Assembly: GCA_043821445.1 (NCBI GenBank) | Contig: JBDRCT010000013.1 | Span: forward strand, 82,149 to 146,148 | Source of the DNA: Candidatus Omnitrophota bacterium | GTDB lineage: Bacteria > Omnitrophota > Omnitrophia > Omnitrophales > Aquincolibacteriaceae | Direction: 5' to 3' | DNA: 64,000 bases | Shown here: one piece after another, positions 63,669 to 64,000 of the stretch | How the letters are laid out: each line of letters opens with the position of its first letter | Position numbering within the stretch: position 1 is the first letter of the stretch | The notes under the pieces: generated by a model | Told to the model about the DNA's origin: nothing | What the model saw: the letters and a program-made list of their open reading frames with translations, nothing else | Databases searched by the model: none | Program-made: the position numbers and the translations under genes

Positions 63669-64000
63669 ATGATGATGAATGAAAATGTGTCCCCAAGGGG
63701 CCAGGCAGGGTTCACGTTCGCAGAACTGATGATCGCGCTTGTGGTTGTTGCTCTTGTGATCGGCGGCTACGTAGCTGCCAATGTAAAAGCTCAGCAGAGC
63801 GCCGAGGCCATGCATGAGCGGACTCTCGCGATCCAGGACGCAAACCAGGTCATCGAACAAATGAGGGATGCTTCAAAAACCGGCACGTTCCCAGCCAATG
63901 TTGTCTCCGCATATCCGGACGCCAGCACACCGACGGGATTTGCAAATCTGCCCAATGAAACGATCACGGTCTCTTATGCGAATGCAACGGCCGATCCGTT
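63669..64000 (+). CDS. Prepilin-type N-terminal cleavage/methylation domain protein (type IV pilin / T2SS pseudopilin), partial
   Basis: MMMNENVSPRGQAGFTFAELMIALVVVALVIGG (GFTxxELM signature); AAGGAG SD; runs past window end; possible promoter TTGACA-17-AATAAT at ~63544. Confidence 0.65.
   Translation, partial: MMMNENVSPRGQAGFTFAELMIALVVVALVIGGYVAANVKAQQSAEAMHERTLAIQDANQVIEQMRDASKTGTFPANVVSAYPDASTPTGFANLPNETITVSYANATADP

Noticed and set aside
63657-63860. 67-aa minus-strand ORF
   Set aside because: It is antisense to a convincing prepilin gene with SD and GFTxxELM signature.

Overview
This window is a 64-kb piece of a bacterial chromosome, about 55-58% GC. Porins, an OMF/RND efflux pair, a BamA fragment and gatCAB suggest an outer membrane, and the many Fe-S, radical-SAM and ars/feo/nik genes suggest an anaerobe; Omnitrophota- or PVC-like is a guess only. 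The first ~21 kb is a housekeeping backbone, almost all on the minus strand: bamA' - dnaB - rplI - rpsR - ssb - rpsF - pth - rplY(ctc) - prs - glmU - [two sugar-ABC permeases, tRNA-Gln, GIY-YIG] - spoVG - ispE - bS22-like - hisG - mgtC - tsaD - gatB - [island] - gatA - gatC. Positions 24-47 kb are a metal and metalloid block. It holds a long minus-strand supra-operon (DUF134 regulator, arsP, arsM, thioredoxins, ccdA, acr3, OMF, RND), then fur-feoA-feoB, nikMN-nikR and znuA-znuB, each of the last three followed by or paired with a paralogous outer-membrane barrel. A second DUF134-headed operon (ferredoxin, SAM methyltransferase, NifX-like, thioesterase, C_GCAxxG_C_C, MBL) sits on the plus strand. 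The rest holds AMMECR1/Memo and a detached AmmeMemoRadiSam radical-SAM gene, D-LDH, LemA, a GAF histidine kinase, a Kef-type antiporter and a prepilin gene. The observations I rate highest are: (1) a ~3-kb AT-rich cassette (RhuM-Fic/Doc, a protein with an HEPN-like RHLIAH motif, two small ORFs) inserted exactly at the gatA|gatB junction and stitched into the operon by ATGA overlaps, with a duplicated gatB 5' end; (2) unusual tandem arrays of different perfect palindromes (CCCAATT + hairpin modules) inside that cassette; (3) a related dispersed ~45-bp palindromic element family (GTCCCAAT...ATTGGGAC(TAC)) that supplies stop codons to upstream genes; (4) tRNA-Gln with a GIY-YIG cassette flanked by 16-bp repeats of the tRNA 5' end; (5) two DUF134 paralogs heading an ars operon and an Fe-S operon behind a shared TTATnnnCATATGnnnATAA palindrome. 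Coordinates taken from the text lines may be off by 1-2 nt.
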